Below are positions 26,484 to 39,400 of a stretch of DNA of 64,000 nucleotides, piece after piece (within the stretch, counting starts at the first letter, position 1; each line of letters opens with the position of its first letter). Below the pieces are notes generated by a model. That model searched no databases and was not told the origin of the DNA. It was given only the letters and a program-made list of their open reading frames with translations. This DNA comes from a virus. Lineage: Duplodnaviria > Caudoviricetes. The stretch spans positions 1 through 64,000 of the IMG/VR virus record IMGVR_UViG_2890388907_000005; one strand, given 5' to 3'. The position numbers and the translations under genes are program-made.

Positions 26484-26947
26484 CAGGCCGCCCCCATCTG
26501 CTTCAGCCAGCCGGGGACGTAGAACCCGGGGCAGGCCTTGGCCGCGTATTGGTTGTGGCCGCTCACCCGCTCGATGCGGGTGAGGCGCTTGAGGCGCGCG
26601 ATCTGTTCGAGCAGCGCCTTCGCCTGGGTGTCGGTGAAATGGTCGCCGAAACTGTCCTCGGCCGAAGACGCGCCGCCGCCGATAAGGCAGATCCCGAGCG
26701 TGCCGTTGTTGTGGCCGACGACATGGGCGCCGATCTCGGTCAGCCCGCGCCCGGCGGCGACGGTGCCGTCGCGGTCGATGACCAGATGATAGCCGATGTC
26801 GCGCCAGCCGTTGTCCTCGACATGCCAGCGGCGGATCTCGGCCACCTTTTCCGAGGTCCGCGCCTTCGCCATCCAGCTGCGCGTCGTTGCGGAGCAATGG
26901 ACGATGATTTCCTTCACCGGGTAGCGTTTGGAGCCCTGAAAGATCAC
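26483..26947 (-). CDS. endolysin, T7-lysozyme-like amidase
   Basis: IIVHCSAT, IRRWH, GWRDIGYH, GAHV.GHN, GHNQYAAKACP. Confidence 0.92.
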   Translation of the reverse strand: MIFQGSKRYPVKEIIVHCSATTRSWMAKARTSEKVAEIRRWHVEDNGWRDIGYHLVIDRDGTVAAGRGLTEIGAHVVGHNNGTLGICLIGGGASSAEDSFGDHFTDTQAKALLEQIARLKRLTRIERVSGHNQYAAKACPGFYVPGWLKQMGAA

Positions 26948-26948
26948 G

Positions 26949-27341
26949 TCAATCCTCCTTGACGATGGGGGGGAGAACGCGGTCGATGACGCGATCGGCG
27001 ACGCGGTCGGATCGCGCCTCGACCAGCCCGGCGACCCGGAGGGCCATCCGAGTGATGCGGCGGGAGAAGAAGCCGGTGATCGCCATGATCGCCTGCACCG
27101 GGGCGTTGGGCAGCCAGATCGGGATGGCGATGGCGGCGAGGTGGGAGGCGAGGAACGCGCCCAGCATCACGAGCCACAGCTCGCGCTGGTCCTGTTCCGG
27201 GTCGGACCGCATGGCGAAGGCGGCCCCGGCCAGCGCCAGGAACATCCCGCCGATCCACTGATGTGGGGCAAAGGTGATGCCGAGCCCCGCCAAGGCGAGG
27301 GTCAGCCAGTCTTTCGCAAAGTCGGCGGCCTGATCCCGCAT
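26949..27341 (-). CDS. putative holin
   Basis: Several TM segments, GAGGAG SD, directly upstream of the endolysin. Confidence 0.7.
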   Translation of the reverse strand: MRDQAADFAKDWLTLALAGLGITFAPHQWIGGMFLALAGAAFAMRSDPEQDQRELWLVMLGAFLASHLAAIAIPIWLPNAPVQAIMAITGFFSRRITRMALRVAGLVEARSDRVADRVIDRVLPPIVKED

Positions 27342-27378
27342 GGTGGCTCCTCGTTTCTGCCGGAGGCAGGGAACGGAG

Positions 27379-27393
27379 CGCACTTCCTATGCG
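27379..27393 (-). promoter_or_regulatory. GGA-loop leader hairpin (lysis operon)
   Basis: CGCAU-AGGAA-GUGCG. Confidence 0.6.
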
Positions 27394-27431
27394 TTCACGG
27401 GAACAGGTCTACCAGATGTCGCCCCGCCCCG

Positions 27432-30400
27432 CTAGTTGTAGATGGCGGGGGCGAGGCCTTCACGCAGGCGTCTATCCAGCTTCTGGTTCAGGCTGACGCC
27501 GCCCTCGTTCCGTTCGGAGGATCGCTGTCTCGCCTGCACCGACTGCCGGATCGTGTCGGAGGTGATCGGGTATTCGGGCCAGCGGGCATTGAAATCGCGG
27601 ATCGCATCCAGAACCCCGTCCGGGATCGCGTCGCCCGCCCGGATCGCGTCGCCGGCGCGCCGGTGCAGCCGCTTCCTCTCCTCGATGACCTCGGCCTCCT
27701 TGTTCTTGAGACGCGAGTTGATGTCGTAGCGTTCGGCGATGCGCGCGGGGGTGAAGCCGTTGGCCTGCAGGAGCAAGCCCCAGGGGCTGACATCCTCGAC
27801 GATCAGGTCGCCGTTCCGGGTGGTGACGCCTTCGGCGGCATAGCGCCCGGCCCTGATGACGTCGCGGGCGAATTTCGGAACCAGCGCCTCGATGCCCCGC
27901 GCATAGTCGCCATCGGCAACATTCTGGGCGCCGCGGCCCATGCTGAACAGGATCCCGACCGTTGGACCAAGGGCTTCGTTGACATAGTGCTGCACCATGT
28001 CCTGCCCCTCAAGATCGCGGTCCGGGGGGCGGAACCAGAGGTTCGGCATGCCGATCCGCTCGGACAGGGCGATCCCGGTGACCTGCCCGGGAACCCCGTT
28101 CAGTGCGGCCCCCATGGCGAAGTTCCATGCCGCCGCGCCGGGGGTGTCCTTCTCGGCGAGCAGGGCGTCCTGCAGCCATTCCTCCAGGTCATCGGAGTCG
28201 CCGGGGAAGAACAGCGCCAGCAGCCCCATGACCAGGCCATAGCCCCAGGTGCCTGTGATGCCGGCATGCGCCATCATCGACAGGGTGACGCCCACCAGCT
28301 GCACCCGGGCTTCCCGCCTCTCCTCGGCACTGGCTCCATGCAGCGATTGGTGGGCGTCGCGGAACAGCCGGTAGAGCGAGTTGACGGTGAACTGCCTGAA
28401 CTGAAGGAACAGCTTCGGCCAATCCCCCTGCATCATCCTCGGACGATCGCTGTTCTGATAGCTGAAATGGATGCGCCAGGTCAGATCTGCGGCGCGGTCG
28501 ATGGCGAGATCATGGGGAACACCCTCGCCACGCGCGAGCCGGTAGGCGGCGAGATAGGTGATCTCGCGGTTGAACCTCTCGGCATGATGGAAACCCCAGC
28601 CGATCCGGCGCATCCATTTCTCACGCCAGGGATTGAACTCCACCCCCGATTCCGCGACCGCGGCGAGATCATGGGCCTGCGTCTTGTCGATGACGCCGCG
28701 CCGGTAGCCCTCCGCCATCGCCGCCTTTTCCGCGTCGCCGATGTCGGCGTTCTCGACGCTCCATTGATCCTTCCAGGAGGCCCCACGGCCGCGCCCGAAG
28801 TCCTTCGCGGCTTGGCCAAGCGCACCGACGATGTCGCCCAGAGAGGTGCGCGCGAAGGCCGCCCGCATCATCGCGGGACCGATCACCGTGGTCTGCGTGA
28901 GGTTGACGATGGCCGCGGCCGGCGAGACCCCCAGATACCAGACGAAAGCCAGAGAGGATGCGGCAGCCGACCAGCCGGAGCCGGTCGGGTTCATCGTCCA
29001 CTCCTTCCGCCTGTTCATCTCGTTGACCAGCGCGACCATGCGATTGCGGTCCGCGGAGACCGCGGCTTCGTCGAAGGCATCCTCGACGGCATCCTCGAGG
29101 TCGATGCCATGCTTGAGGCGCGCCAGCTGGTGGGCGCCGTGGAACATGTGGTGAGAGAAGGCGCGCAGGGCGTCCCTGTTCCAGCCTTCGCGCCCCTTGC
29201 GGTGGATCTTGGAGGTGCGGATCGACTGGTCGGGCAGCGTTTCCAGCCAGCGTTGCCAGATCATGTCCATGACCTCGGCCGACACATCCGCCCCGGCCAG
29301 CATCGTTTCGATGTCGGCGACGAAGGTCGGATCGACCTGATCGCGCAGCCCCCCGCGCTTCGCCAGAAGGCCATGCTCCACCCGCCCGGGGTGGGAGGCC
29401 TCCATTTCCTTGACATGGGCGGCCTGCTTCGCCTCGGTCTCGAAGCGCGAGAAGCTGATGACCTTGCCCTCGGTGTCCCGCACCGTCACGAAATAGTCGC
29501 CGAAGCGCGCCAGCGGGAAATACGGGCCCTTGAGCCGGTTGCTCTCGAACTGTCGGCGCAACTCCTTCATCCGTGCCCCGGAGCCCCAGCCGCCCCGCAG
29601 CTTCACCTTGTCCAGTCTCTCCTTCGCCTCGGCCTCGGCCGCGGCCCTCTCCTCGGCTTCAAGGCCCTCGTCGGCGATCCTGCGCATCTCGCGGCGATAC
29701 TCCTTCTCCGCGCGCTTCATCGCAATCTTCGTCGCCTTCTCGATGTTCTCGACGATGGCGCGCTCGAAGTCGTTGCCCAGCCGGTCGTATTCCCGCATCA
29801 CCTCGCCGTAGAGGGCACGATGCGCCTCGGGCAGGGCCTGATACATCTCCGAGATGCGGGCGTAGGCGCGGCGGCGGCGGGCGGCATACTCGACCTGATC
29901 CTTGGCCCAGAGCGGGGCGTCATCGCCGTAGCGGCTGATCGCATCCCGCGCCCGGTCCAGCCACGCGCTGTTCCAGGTATCGGGTCCGGTGGGATCGACG
30001 CCGGCCTGGGTGGAGCGATGCATGAGGTCCATCAGCGCCGCATTCGCGGCGGGATCCTTGGCGGCGAGATCATACCATTTCTCCGCGACGCCGGCGGAGC
30101 GGGAATGCCACTGGTTGCGCAGCGCATCCATCTCGTCCTTCACCCGCAGATAGCGGCGCGCCCCGTTCAGATGCTTCCCCATCTCCGCGAACAGTGGTCG
30201 CCCCGGCACCAGCGCGAGAAGCGACAGGTTCTCCGCCGCCATCCGGTCGGTGATGATCGAGGAGACCCAGCGGCTCACCGACTGCCGGTCGATCCGGCCC
30301 AGCGTCCCGCGGAACCGGTCCCGCGACGGGATCAGCCCCGCCCGTAGCTCGCTGGATCCCGAAGCATCGCCCGTATGATTTCCGCCGCCTCGGCGTCGTC

Positions 30401-33400
30401 CTTCATCAAGGACTCGAACTCGGACGGCGTCAGCGGATTTATAATTCGCGAGGTATCGGGCCTCGGACTCGGTGAGGGAGTCGAAGCCGTGGCCTGTGGC
30501 GGCGATGAAGTCTGGTTCGAGGTCGCCATGCCGCTCGCGCAATCTGGAAAGGGTTTCCGGGGACAACGTCAATGTGGCGCTATACTGCTTCCCGGTCAAG
30601 GCGACAGCCCCGATGACCCTTCCGCCGCCGGCTTCGATATGGGCGGCCAGCGTGGCGAAGGTGCCGCCTTGCGTCAGTGTATCGTCCAGCAGCAGGTAGT
30701 CCCGGCCAGGTTCCACCGGGCCATTGAAGACGGGTTGCGCGAAGATGCGGTCCAGGCCGCCCAGCGCGGTGCGGTGCGGGGCATTGGTCTGGCCGATCCC
30801 CGTCGCGGGCTCAAGGCCCAGCCGGGCGGCCAGAACCTCGGCCGCCGCCCGCGGGATCTTGTTGCGCCCCGTCGCTTCTTCGGCCACGACCGGGACGATC
30901 AGGGGCTTTGCATCGCCCAGGGCGGCCCTGACCTGCGCGACCAGATCGTCGGTCACCTTGTCGACGGCCAGGCGCGTCGCGGCGGCAAGATCGCCAGCCT
31001 TGGCGGCGGCATAGTCTGGGTGCGAGGAGACCGAGGCGAGTTCGCCGGCGATGATGACCCGGGGGATGGACACCCGCCCGCGCATCTCGGCGCCCATGTC
31101 GGCACCCGCGGCGCGCCGGCTGCCGCCCGGCCCCTGCGGCCCGCGTCCCCCGATCTCGCCCCGCGCGATTTGCTCCATCGTCATCGCCGCGGAGACGAAG
31201 CCCCGGCCGCGCAGCAGGTTTGCCACGGCCTCGACAAAGGCGCGGATGCGCGCCAGCGCCCGGCCCGCCGGTCCGGTGGCCTCACGGCCCTGCGCCCAGA
31301 GCCGATAGAGCTCGGCAACAGCTTCCTCGGCCTGCTTGGCGTCGGTGAGATCGGGATAGCGGGTCCGCACCCAGTCCATGATCTCGGCATCGGCGCGGGC
31401 GGCACGTTCCAGCGCCGCCCATTCTTCCGGCCGGAACAGCCCGAGCGGACGGTTCCAGAGCCGTTCGCTGCGCAGCGCATGGATGATTTCGTGGCGCATG
31501 ACCCCGCGGGCGTCATCCCCGGCGGCAACGTCGATGCGCCCGCCGCCGGCGGTTCTGAAGGTGCCCTTCACCTCGACGCCCGACGCGCCCAGCAGCAGGC
31601 GAACCGCGCGGACGGTCACCTTCTGGTCGAGCCCGTGCGCTTTGAGATCGGCGTTGAGATCGCGGGTGATCCCGGCGAGATCGGCCTCGGCGAGTTCGTC
31701 GCCTCCCGGGGTGGCGACGACGGGCCGGTCGCGCATCTCCGCGGCGGCTTCCGCCGCCTCATCGCCGCGCCTCATCTTCGACCCTTCGGAGATCTCCGGA
31801 GCCTCGAAGGCGCGTTCGTCATAGAGCGGGACGCCGCTTTCGCTCCTGACCTCCATGTAGGGGACGTCGCCTTGTTCGGTGGACACGAACCAGCCGGTGG
31901 CGAGCCAGCGATGGCCGGTGACCACCCGCTCCTCCCCATCGACATAGATCAGGGTGTCCAGTGGCGCGCCGGCGCGGAGCCAGCCCGGTGCCGGCACCGG
32001 GTTCGCCTCCATGTCGGCGAGGATGGCGTCGCGCTGCGCCTGCTTCTTCGCGAGGTCCCCGGCCTGCTGGAACGGTTCGTCCTGCGCGCGCTCCAGCCGC
32101 GCCAGCATCGCCCCGTTCTCGTCGATCAGCCTTTCGCTGTCGGAAACCGCGTCGGCGATCCGGCGGATGGCCGCCTCGATCGACGGCAGGGTCATCTTGC
32201 CGACCCGTCGCTCCGACTTGCGGATGATGTCGATCGACACGTCTTCGACGCGATAGGAATAGCTCGGCTTCTCCAGGCGGATGGCGAAGCCGTTCACCTC
32301 GACTGGAACGATCTCCGTGGAGCCTTTGCCCATGCGGGTGGCGGCTTTCGCCAAGAATTCCGCGATGGCGACCTCCGCCGGAGCGCGTTCATCGAACCTC
32401 TTGCCGTCTACGGTGGCGGAGAAGGTGCCTGCCGCCCGGATCCCGGCGACATGGGCGGCATCGTTGCGCAGCGGCGGCAGCGTCTTTTCGAGCGCCTCGG
32501 TCTGGGCGGTGATCTGGCGGATGCGGCGGGTGGCATCGGCGATGCCGGCGACATGGATGCGTTCGCGCGCCTGCAGCCTCTCCACCGCCTTGTTGAGCTT
32601 GGAGACCAGCATGAGGCGGGGGTCACCGGCGGCTTCGGACAAGGTGTCGGAGAGCGAGCCACCATCCATTGCCTCGGCATCGTCGGTGGCGTCGCCCTCG
32701 ATGACCCGCACCCCCTCCTTTGCCCTGAGAAAGGCCTTGATAAAGCGTTCCTTGATCGCCAGAACCTGCCAGCGCCGGCCATCAAGCCCCTCGGTCAGAT
32801 AGCGGTATTCCTCCACCGTGTTCCAGGTGTTGCCCTGCCGCTCGCCCCGGCCGTTGCGCTGTTCGAGATCGCCCGGCATCCATGGCGCATCGAGGTGGTG
32901 CATCGCCCGCAGGTATTTCTGCATGTTGACGCCGACACCCAGGGTCTTGGTCTGGCCGATCACGACGCGGATCTTCAAGGCGTTCATCGCGTCGGCGATG
33001 GCCTTCTTCTCCTCGGCGCTGACCCCGCCGGCGACGATGGCGATTTCCTCGCGCCTAACTCCCTTGGCAACCAGTTTCGCGACAATGTCGTCGGCAAGAT
33101 TGAACTTCCGCTTCTTCGTGCGGGTCTTGTTGCCGTCCGCATCGGTGCGCGTGGACACGGTTTCCGAGGAGTAGCCCTCGTCCATGAACAGCACCTGGGT
33201 CGCCATCGGCTGGTCCAGGTAGATCTGCGCGATCCTCCTGACCGCCCGGTTCGCTTTGGACAGCGGGTGGTCCTCGGCGTCGGGCTCCTGCAGGCGCGTA
33301 TCCATCGAGGCGCGGTTGGGGACGTTGTTGAAGACGATGGGGGAGTCCGGCCCACCGCCGCGCATGATCTCCCGCCGCTGCTTCCCGTTCGCCTGCTTGA

Positions 33401-36400
33401 AGGCGCGGGCGTAATAGATCACCTCGTCGAGGATGCGACGCTGGTCCCCGCCCATCGGCCCGATGTCGTTGATGATCTTCTTGTAGGGGCGGCCCTGCGG
33501 CTTTTCGGTGCGGCCGTTTTCGAGGAAGTCGCGATCAGCGTCGGTCAGATCCTTGCTGCGCATCGTCTTGCCGTCCGCCGTGGCGCGCGGCTTGAACTCC
33601 GGCATGTCGGAGGCGAAGACGATGTCCATGAACTGGCCGGCGAGCTGGCGCAGTTCGCTGACGTTGATGAAGGCGGCCAGCCGTTCGACATTCTCGAACT
33701 CGCCGGTCGAGGTGAGTTCGACGTCGCTGATCGTGTCCGCGAACGCCTTGAAGAAGCCGTCCCAGGTATCGACCTTGGCCGCCCGCATCACGTCGTCCAT
33801 GGCGTAGAACATCTGGTGGTAGATTTCCGCCAGGGTGTTCGTGATCGGGGTGCCGGTGAAGACGTGGACCCCGGTGCCATTGCGCTGCGATTTCACATAG
33901 GAGGTGAGGAAGCGCAGGGCCAACGACTTGTTGGAGGTGCCGAGGTTGAGCCCCTTGACCTGCATGCGCGTGGCCAGCGGCGGCTTCTTGAACTCGTGGG
34001 ATTCGTCGACAAGGATCATGTCGACGCCCAGTTTCTCGAAGCTGATGGCACCCTCGCGGCTCGCGCGCTGCGCCTGCTTCTCGATCTGGTTCAGCAGGTT
34101 CTTCCGGGCCTTGACCATCTCCTTCGCGGTGACGCCCAGCCGCATCTTCTTGATCTTCTCGGGATCGTCCATGTCCTCGACGCTGAGGCTGAACCCGTCA
34201 TCGGCCGCGGCGGCGATGGCTTCACGCTCGTAGGCCGCGATTTCCTCCTCGGCCATCACCATCAGCGTGTCGTGGGTCAGCGCCAGCCGATCCAGCAGCG
34301 AGTGGGGGATCACGATCAGATCCCAGTCGTCGGTTGCGATGCGCGCGAGTTCGGTGTCGATCGTCGCGGGGGAGAGGTTGTTGATGTAGAGGATCTTCGC
34401 GCCGGGATAGGTGTCCTGCGCTTCCGCGGCGACGGCGGCGGAGTTGGCGTTGTGAGCGATCAGCAGCGGCTTCCTCGCCAGCCCGAACCGCCGGCTTTCA
34501 ACCGCGATCCCGGTCATCGTGATCGTCTTGCCGGTGCCCACCTCATGGCCATAGATGCCGCGCTGGTTCAGGATGCCCCGCCAGATCGCGTTGGCCTGAT
34601 GCTGGCGCAGATTGAACGGCTCATCCCCTCGCGTCAGGGCCATGCCCGGGAATTCGAGGAAGCTGCCGTCGATCTGCGGCGTCGCCGTGTTGTTCATCGC
34701 CTCGTTGTAGGCGCGCTCCGCCTCGACGCGGCGCTCGGGCTCGGACCAGAGCCATGCCCCGAATTTCTGACGGAGATCCGCGGCCTTCTGGTTCGCGGTC
34801 TCCGTTGCCCTGGTATCCTTGTAGGTGCCGTCCTGGTCCTCATAGGTGACGGTGATGGTCTGGGTGTTCAGCGTCGCCTCGAAGAACCGGGCCAGCGAAA
34901 GCCCGGTGCCTCGCCGACCCGGGAGAGGCGCGCCGGTGATGTCGGAGGCGCCGGGCATATGTGCGACGCGGTCGGAGAATTCGACGCGCCATCCGGTCAT
35001 CGCCCGGGTCAGCTTCACATCGTTCTCGTCGGGGTTGGCCAGCCCGAGGGTTTCGATGATGAAGGCGCGGTTGATCCCGGCATCGACCCAGTCGGCGCCG
35101 AACCGCGCCTCGATCTGGAAATAGGGCACATCCGGCGGCTGCACCGCTTCGAGCGCGGCGACAGAAGCTGCCATGTCCTCGCCGCCGTCCAGCGCCTCGC
35201 GCGCCGCCGCCAGCTTCACCCTGACGTTGCCGGCGAGATAGCGGTCGCTGGTCTCGTAGCCGCCGCCCGGCGTCCGGTAGATCGCCTTGCTGTCGAGCAG
35301 ATCGGCGATGACCGTCTCCGCCGGCTGCTTCGCCAGCTCCGCGACGCGCTCGATGTCGAGAATGGCACTCTCGTTCCGCGCGATCACGAAGGCTTCGCGG
35401 ATCGACGGGTTGTCCAGCTTCTGTGCAGCCCGGACCACCGCCTTGGTCATGATCGCGGCGGGCGTTCCATCGCCGTTTTCGAGTGCTGCGACGAGGCCTG
35501 CGTTCGGATCGCGCAGCTTCTTCAGGACGGATAGGGCGAAGCTGTCGCCGATCGGACCATGCGCCTTGACGAAGCCGTCATAGGCCAGCTTCAGCGTCTT
35601 GCGTTTCGCCTCCGCATCGGCGGCGCCGGCCCGGTCGGCTTCCATCACGGCGTCGGCGGCGCGCCGCACCTCGATCAGTCGCCCGATCTCGGCCATCCGC
35701 TTCGCGGTCTCCGTCGCGCTCTTGGTGGCGATCTTGGCGACATCCTCGAGCCGGGCCATGTTGTCGCCCTGGACCTGATAGAGATTGCCGTCATCGCCGC
35801 GGGTGATGGAGAGGATGCGATCCCGGGTGGTCGTGGCGACGAAGCGGGGTTCCTTTCCGCGCCGCGCCGGCTGATAGGCATCGGCCGGCAGCGCCGATGC
35901 GATGGCCTTGAGACGCGCGGCGAGATCCGCCGGCCGGTTCACGATCATGCCGGCCTTGCCATAGGTGGTGCCGTGGCCGGTGGTCAGTTCGCCCAGCACA
36001 TGCGAGGGGTTGTCCAGGAAATACTGGTTGACGTGGATCTCCTGCCCCGCGGGCGAGGTCCACGGCACCGATTGGACCCACCTCTCGCCTTCGGCGCTCG
36101 CCTTCGGTTCCGCGCGCTTGCGCAGGATGATGATGTCGGTGACGACGCGGGTGCCCGCATATTTCTCGAACGCGCCGCTCGGCAGCCGGTAGGCGGCGAC
36201 CAGCTCCGCATTCTTGGCGAGGTGGTTGCGGATCACCCGGTTCTTCTGGCCGTCCATGGAGAAGGCCGAGGTGATGCCGACGACAAGCCCGCCCGCGCGC
36301 ACCTGATCCAGCGCCTTGAGGAAGAAATAGTCGTGCAGGCTCGGGGTCAGCCGGTCGTAGCGGCGATCCGGCACCTTGATGTTGGCGAAGGGCCAGTTGC

Positions 36401-39400
36401 CGATGACCAGATCGTAGAAGCCATCGGCGACGCGGCTCTTTTCATAGCCCATGACGCGGATGTTGGCCCGCGGATAGAGCAGCTTCGCGATGCCGCCGGT
36501 GGTCTTCTCCAACTCGATCCCGGTGAGTTGCGAGTTCTGTTCCAGATCCCGCGGCATCATGCCGAAGAAGTTGCCGACACCCATGGCGGGTTCGAGGACG
36601 CGGCCGCCCTTGAAGCCCATCGCGCGGACCGCATCCCAGATCGCCTCGACGGTCGGCGGGTCGGTGTAGTGGGCGTTGATGATCGACTCTTGCGCGCTGG
36701 CCCAGGCATCCTTGCCCAGATGCTCGCGCAGCCAGGCGTCTTCCTCCTTCCAGCCCTCCTTGGGGCGCGGATAGGCCCATGAGCCTTGAAACAGTTCCTG
36801 GCCGAAGCTGCCCCAGCCGATGAAGCCGGCCATGGCATCCATTTCCTCGGGGCTCGGCTCGCGGCCGGCATCGGAGACCGCCTCGAATACCTCCATCGCC
36901 CGGCGGTTCTTGGCGAACCGCGCTTTCGGGCCGCCCGCGAACAGCGAATCCGGGTCGGTGATGTGATAGTTCAGGCGCCCGGGGGCAGAGGGCTGGTCGC
37001 TTCCGGGTCGAACATCGCCCAGTCCTTCACCGCTTCCTGCCGCGCGTCGGACGGGTTCATCCCGCTTTTCAGGTAGTCCCGCTCCGCGTCCAGCATCCTT
37101 TCGACGAGAACGTGCGCGAGGGCGGTCACCGCGCCCCACTCCTTCATCGCCTGATGGAGCCCCGGGTTCTGCGCCTCCCAGGTCTCGATCATCCACTTCT
37201 CCAGTGGCGTCCCCGGCCCGATGTTGTGCGGATGGTCCATCAGGGTCCGGCTCTCCACCTTCGCCCACTTCGCCAGTGCCTGCGCCGCTGCCTTCTCCAT
37301 CGGGGGTCGTTCCAGCTTGAGGTTGCGTCGCAACGGTATCAGGTTCCGCCGGCTCGGGCGAGACGGGGAATTCCCCGGCCGGCGTGTCCAGCGCCTCAAG
37401 GTTCTGGATCGCGGCGCGCACCGCCGCGGTGTCATCCATGCCGTCGATGGAGATCTCGTTGTCCTCCATCATGTCCCGCGCACCATTATACCAGGACCGC
37501 AGGTAGGGGCGCAGCTTGGTGGGGGTGGTGTCGAGATCGGCGGCGACGGCCCGGGCGAAGTCGGCGAAGCGCCGGGCGCCCGCCTCGATGTGGAACACGG
37601 CGAGTTCGGCACCGATGGCGAGGATTTCGGGGTCGATGCCCGAATTGATCTGGCTGCCCAGCTTGGCCTTCAGCCGCTCGCGCAACTCGGCGGCGCGATC
37701 CGCGGATACCAGCTTGTTCGAGGCGCCATAGGCCGGCGCCGGTTCGGCTGCGGCCGGCGCGGCCGGCGCGGGCGCGGGCTGATCGGGCGCGGCGGCAGCC
37801 GGCACACCGCGCTGCGCGGCACCCTCGGCATAGCCTGCGCGCCAGTCATCGGCGATGGGATCGCCTTCCAGCCATGCCGGCGGCTCGCGCATCGCACCGG
37901 CACGGCCAGCTTTCCGGCCGGCCTCGATCGCGTCGCGGCGCTTCTGTTCACGCCGGTCATCCAGCACCGGCGGCGCGGCCGGCGCGGGCGCGGGTGCGGC
38001 AGGCTTCGGACGGGCCGGCGCGGGCGCGGGCCGGGCAGGTTTGCCGGCCTCCGCAGCGATGCGGTCCTCCTCGACATAGGCGGCTTGCAACACGGCGTCG
38101 GCATGCTTGCGGGCGAAGATGAACCCGCCTTCCTTCTCGTCCCATTTCAGGCTGACGCCCGGCACCTGCGGCGGCCGATCCTTCGGGAGACCGCGCAGCA
38201 CCGCGGCCTTGGCCCGCACGTTCTCCACCTCGACACCCTCATAGGGATAGGTCGGGGCTTCGCTCGTGGCCGCGGCCTTGCTCGGGCCGCCGCCCGCCAG
38301 CCAGGTCTTGAAGCCGGGCACATCCATGGCGGTGATGCCGCCCAGCCGCCGGCGCCCCTTCCCATCGGAGAACCCGCCCAGGTAGGCGATCTCCGCTTCG
38401 GACGCGGAGGCGAAGCCCAGCATCACCTTGTGTTCGTCGAAGGCGCCGGTTTCGGCATCCTTCTGGTCGATGATCCAGACCTTATCGCTGGCCTCGTCCG
38501 GTCCCATGTAGAAGTCGACGTGGTCGCCATCGGCGCCAGTCGTGCCGCGGATGTAGCCGTAGTCCGCAGGCATGGTGACCTCCCATGCCGCACCATCCGC
38601 CCCGACACCGCTGCGCGTCCCGCCCTTCGGGTTTTCGATGGAGAGGTCGAACCCTTTCCAGCGGGCATGCCCCTTGCGGTAGTTGCCGGCCTCCTTCTGC
38701 GCCTCGGTCGGGGCTGGATCCGCGGCCTTTGCGGCCTCGGCGACCGCGGACTCACCGCCCCCGGTCAGTGGACCTGCAGGCTCGCCGGTGCCAGCTGCGT
38801 CAACCAGACCATCTTGAGGATCGGCGCCACCGGGTCGGTTCCCTGGATCGTCCGCTCCGATCGCAGCGCCTTGCGCGCCAGCCGCGCTTCCTCCGGGGTT
38901 ATCATCCCCGCGGCGAGCAGCGCCTTGATCGACTGCCGCGCCGTCATCCACATTGGCAGATCGAGCATTTCCTTCCCCCATATCGACCGGTGCGACCCGA
39001 TCCATTTCCCGCATCGCCCCGCGCGTCGCAGACGCGATTGCATCCCGGTCCAGCCCCTCTGTGTCGATCCGCCTGTCCTGATCGGATGCACCGCGGCCGG
39101 CCCGCACGATGACGCGGCCCGGGCGGATCAGAACCTCCCGGCCATCCAACAGCATGTCGTCGGAACTCTTGCCCCCCTCGGCGATGGCGAGGAAGCGACC
39201 CCATTCCTTCCGGCGCTTCTCCCGCGACGCCGTCTCGGCCTCGGAAACCTCGCGCCCCCCCAGCATGTCGGGCTGCATCCGCTGCTCGGGCGGAGTCGTG
39301 ATCGGGGCGACCGGGTTGCGGGCCGCCTTGGCCGGTGCCGCGGGCGGCGCGGGCATGTCCTCCGGAGGCGGCACCTTCGCCGCGAGCCGGGCGCGCAGAT

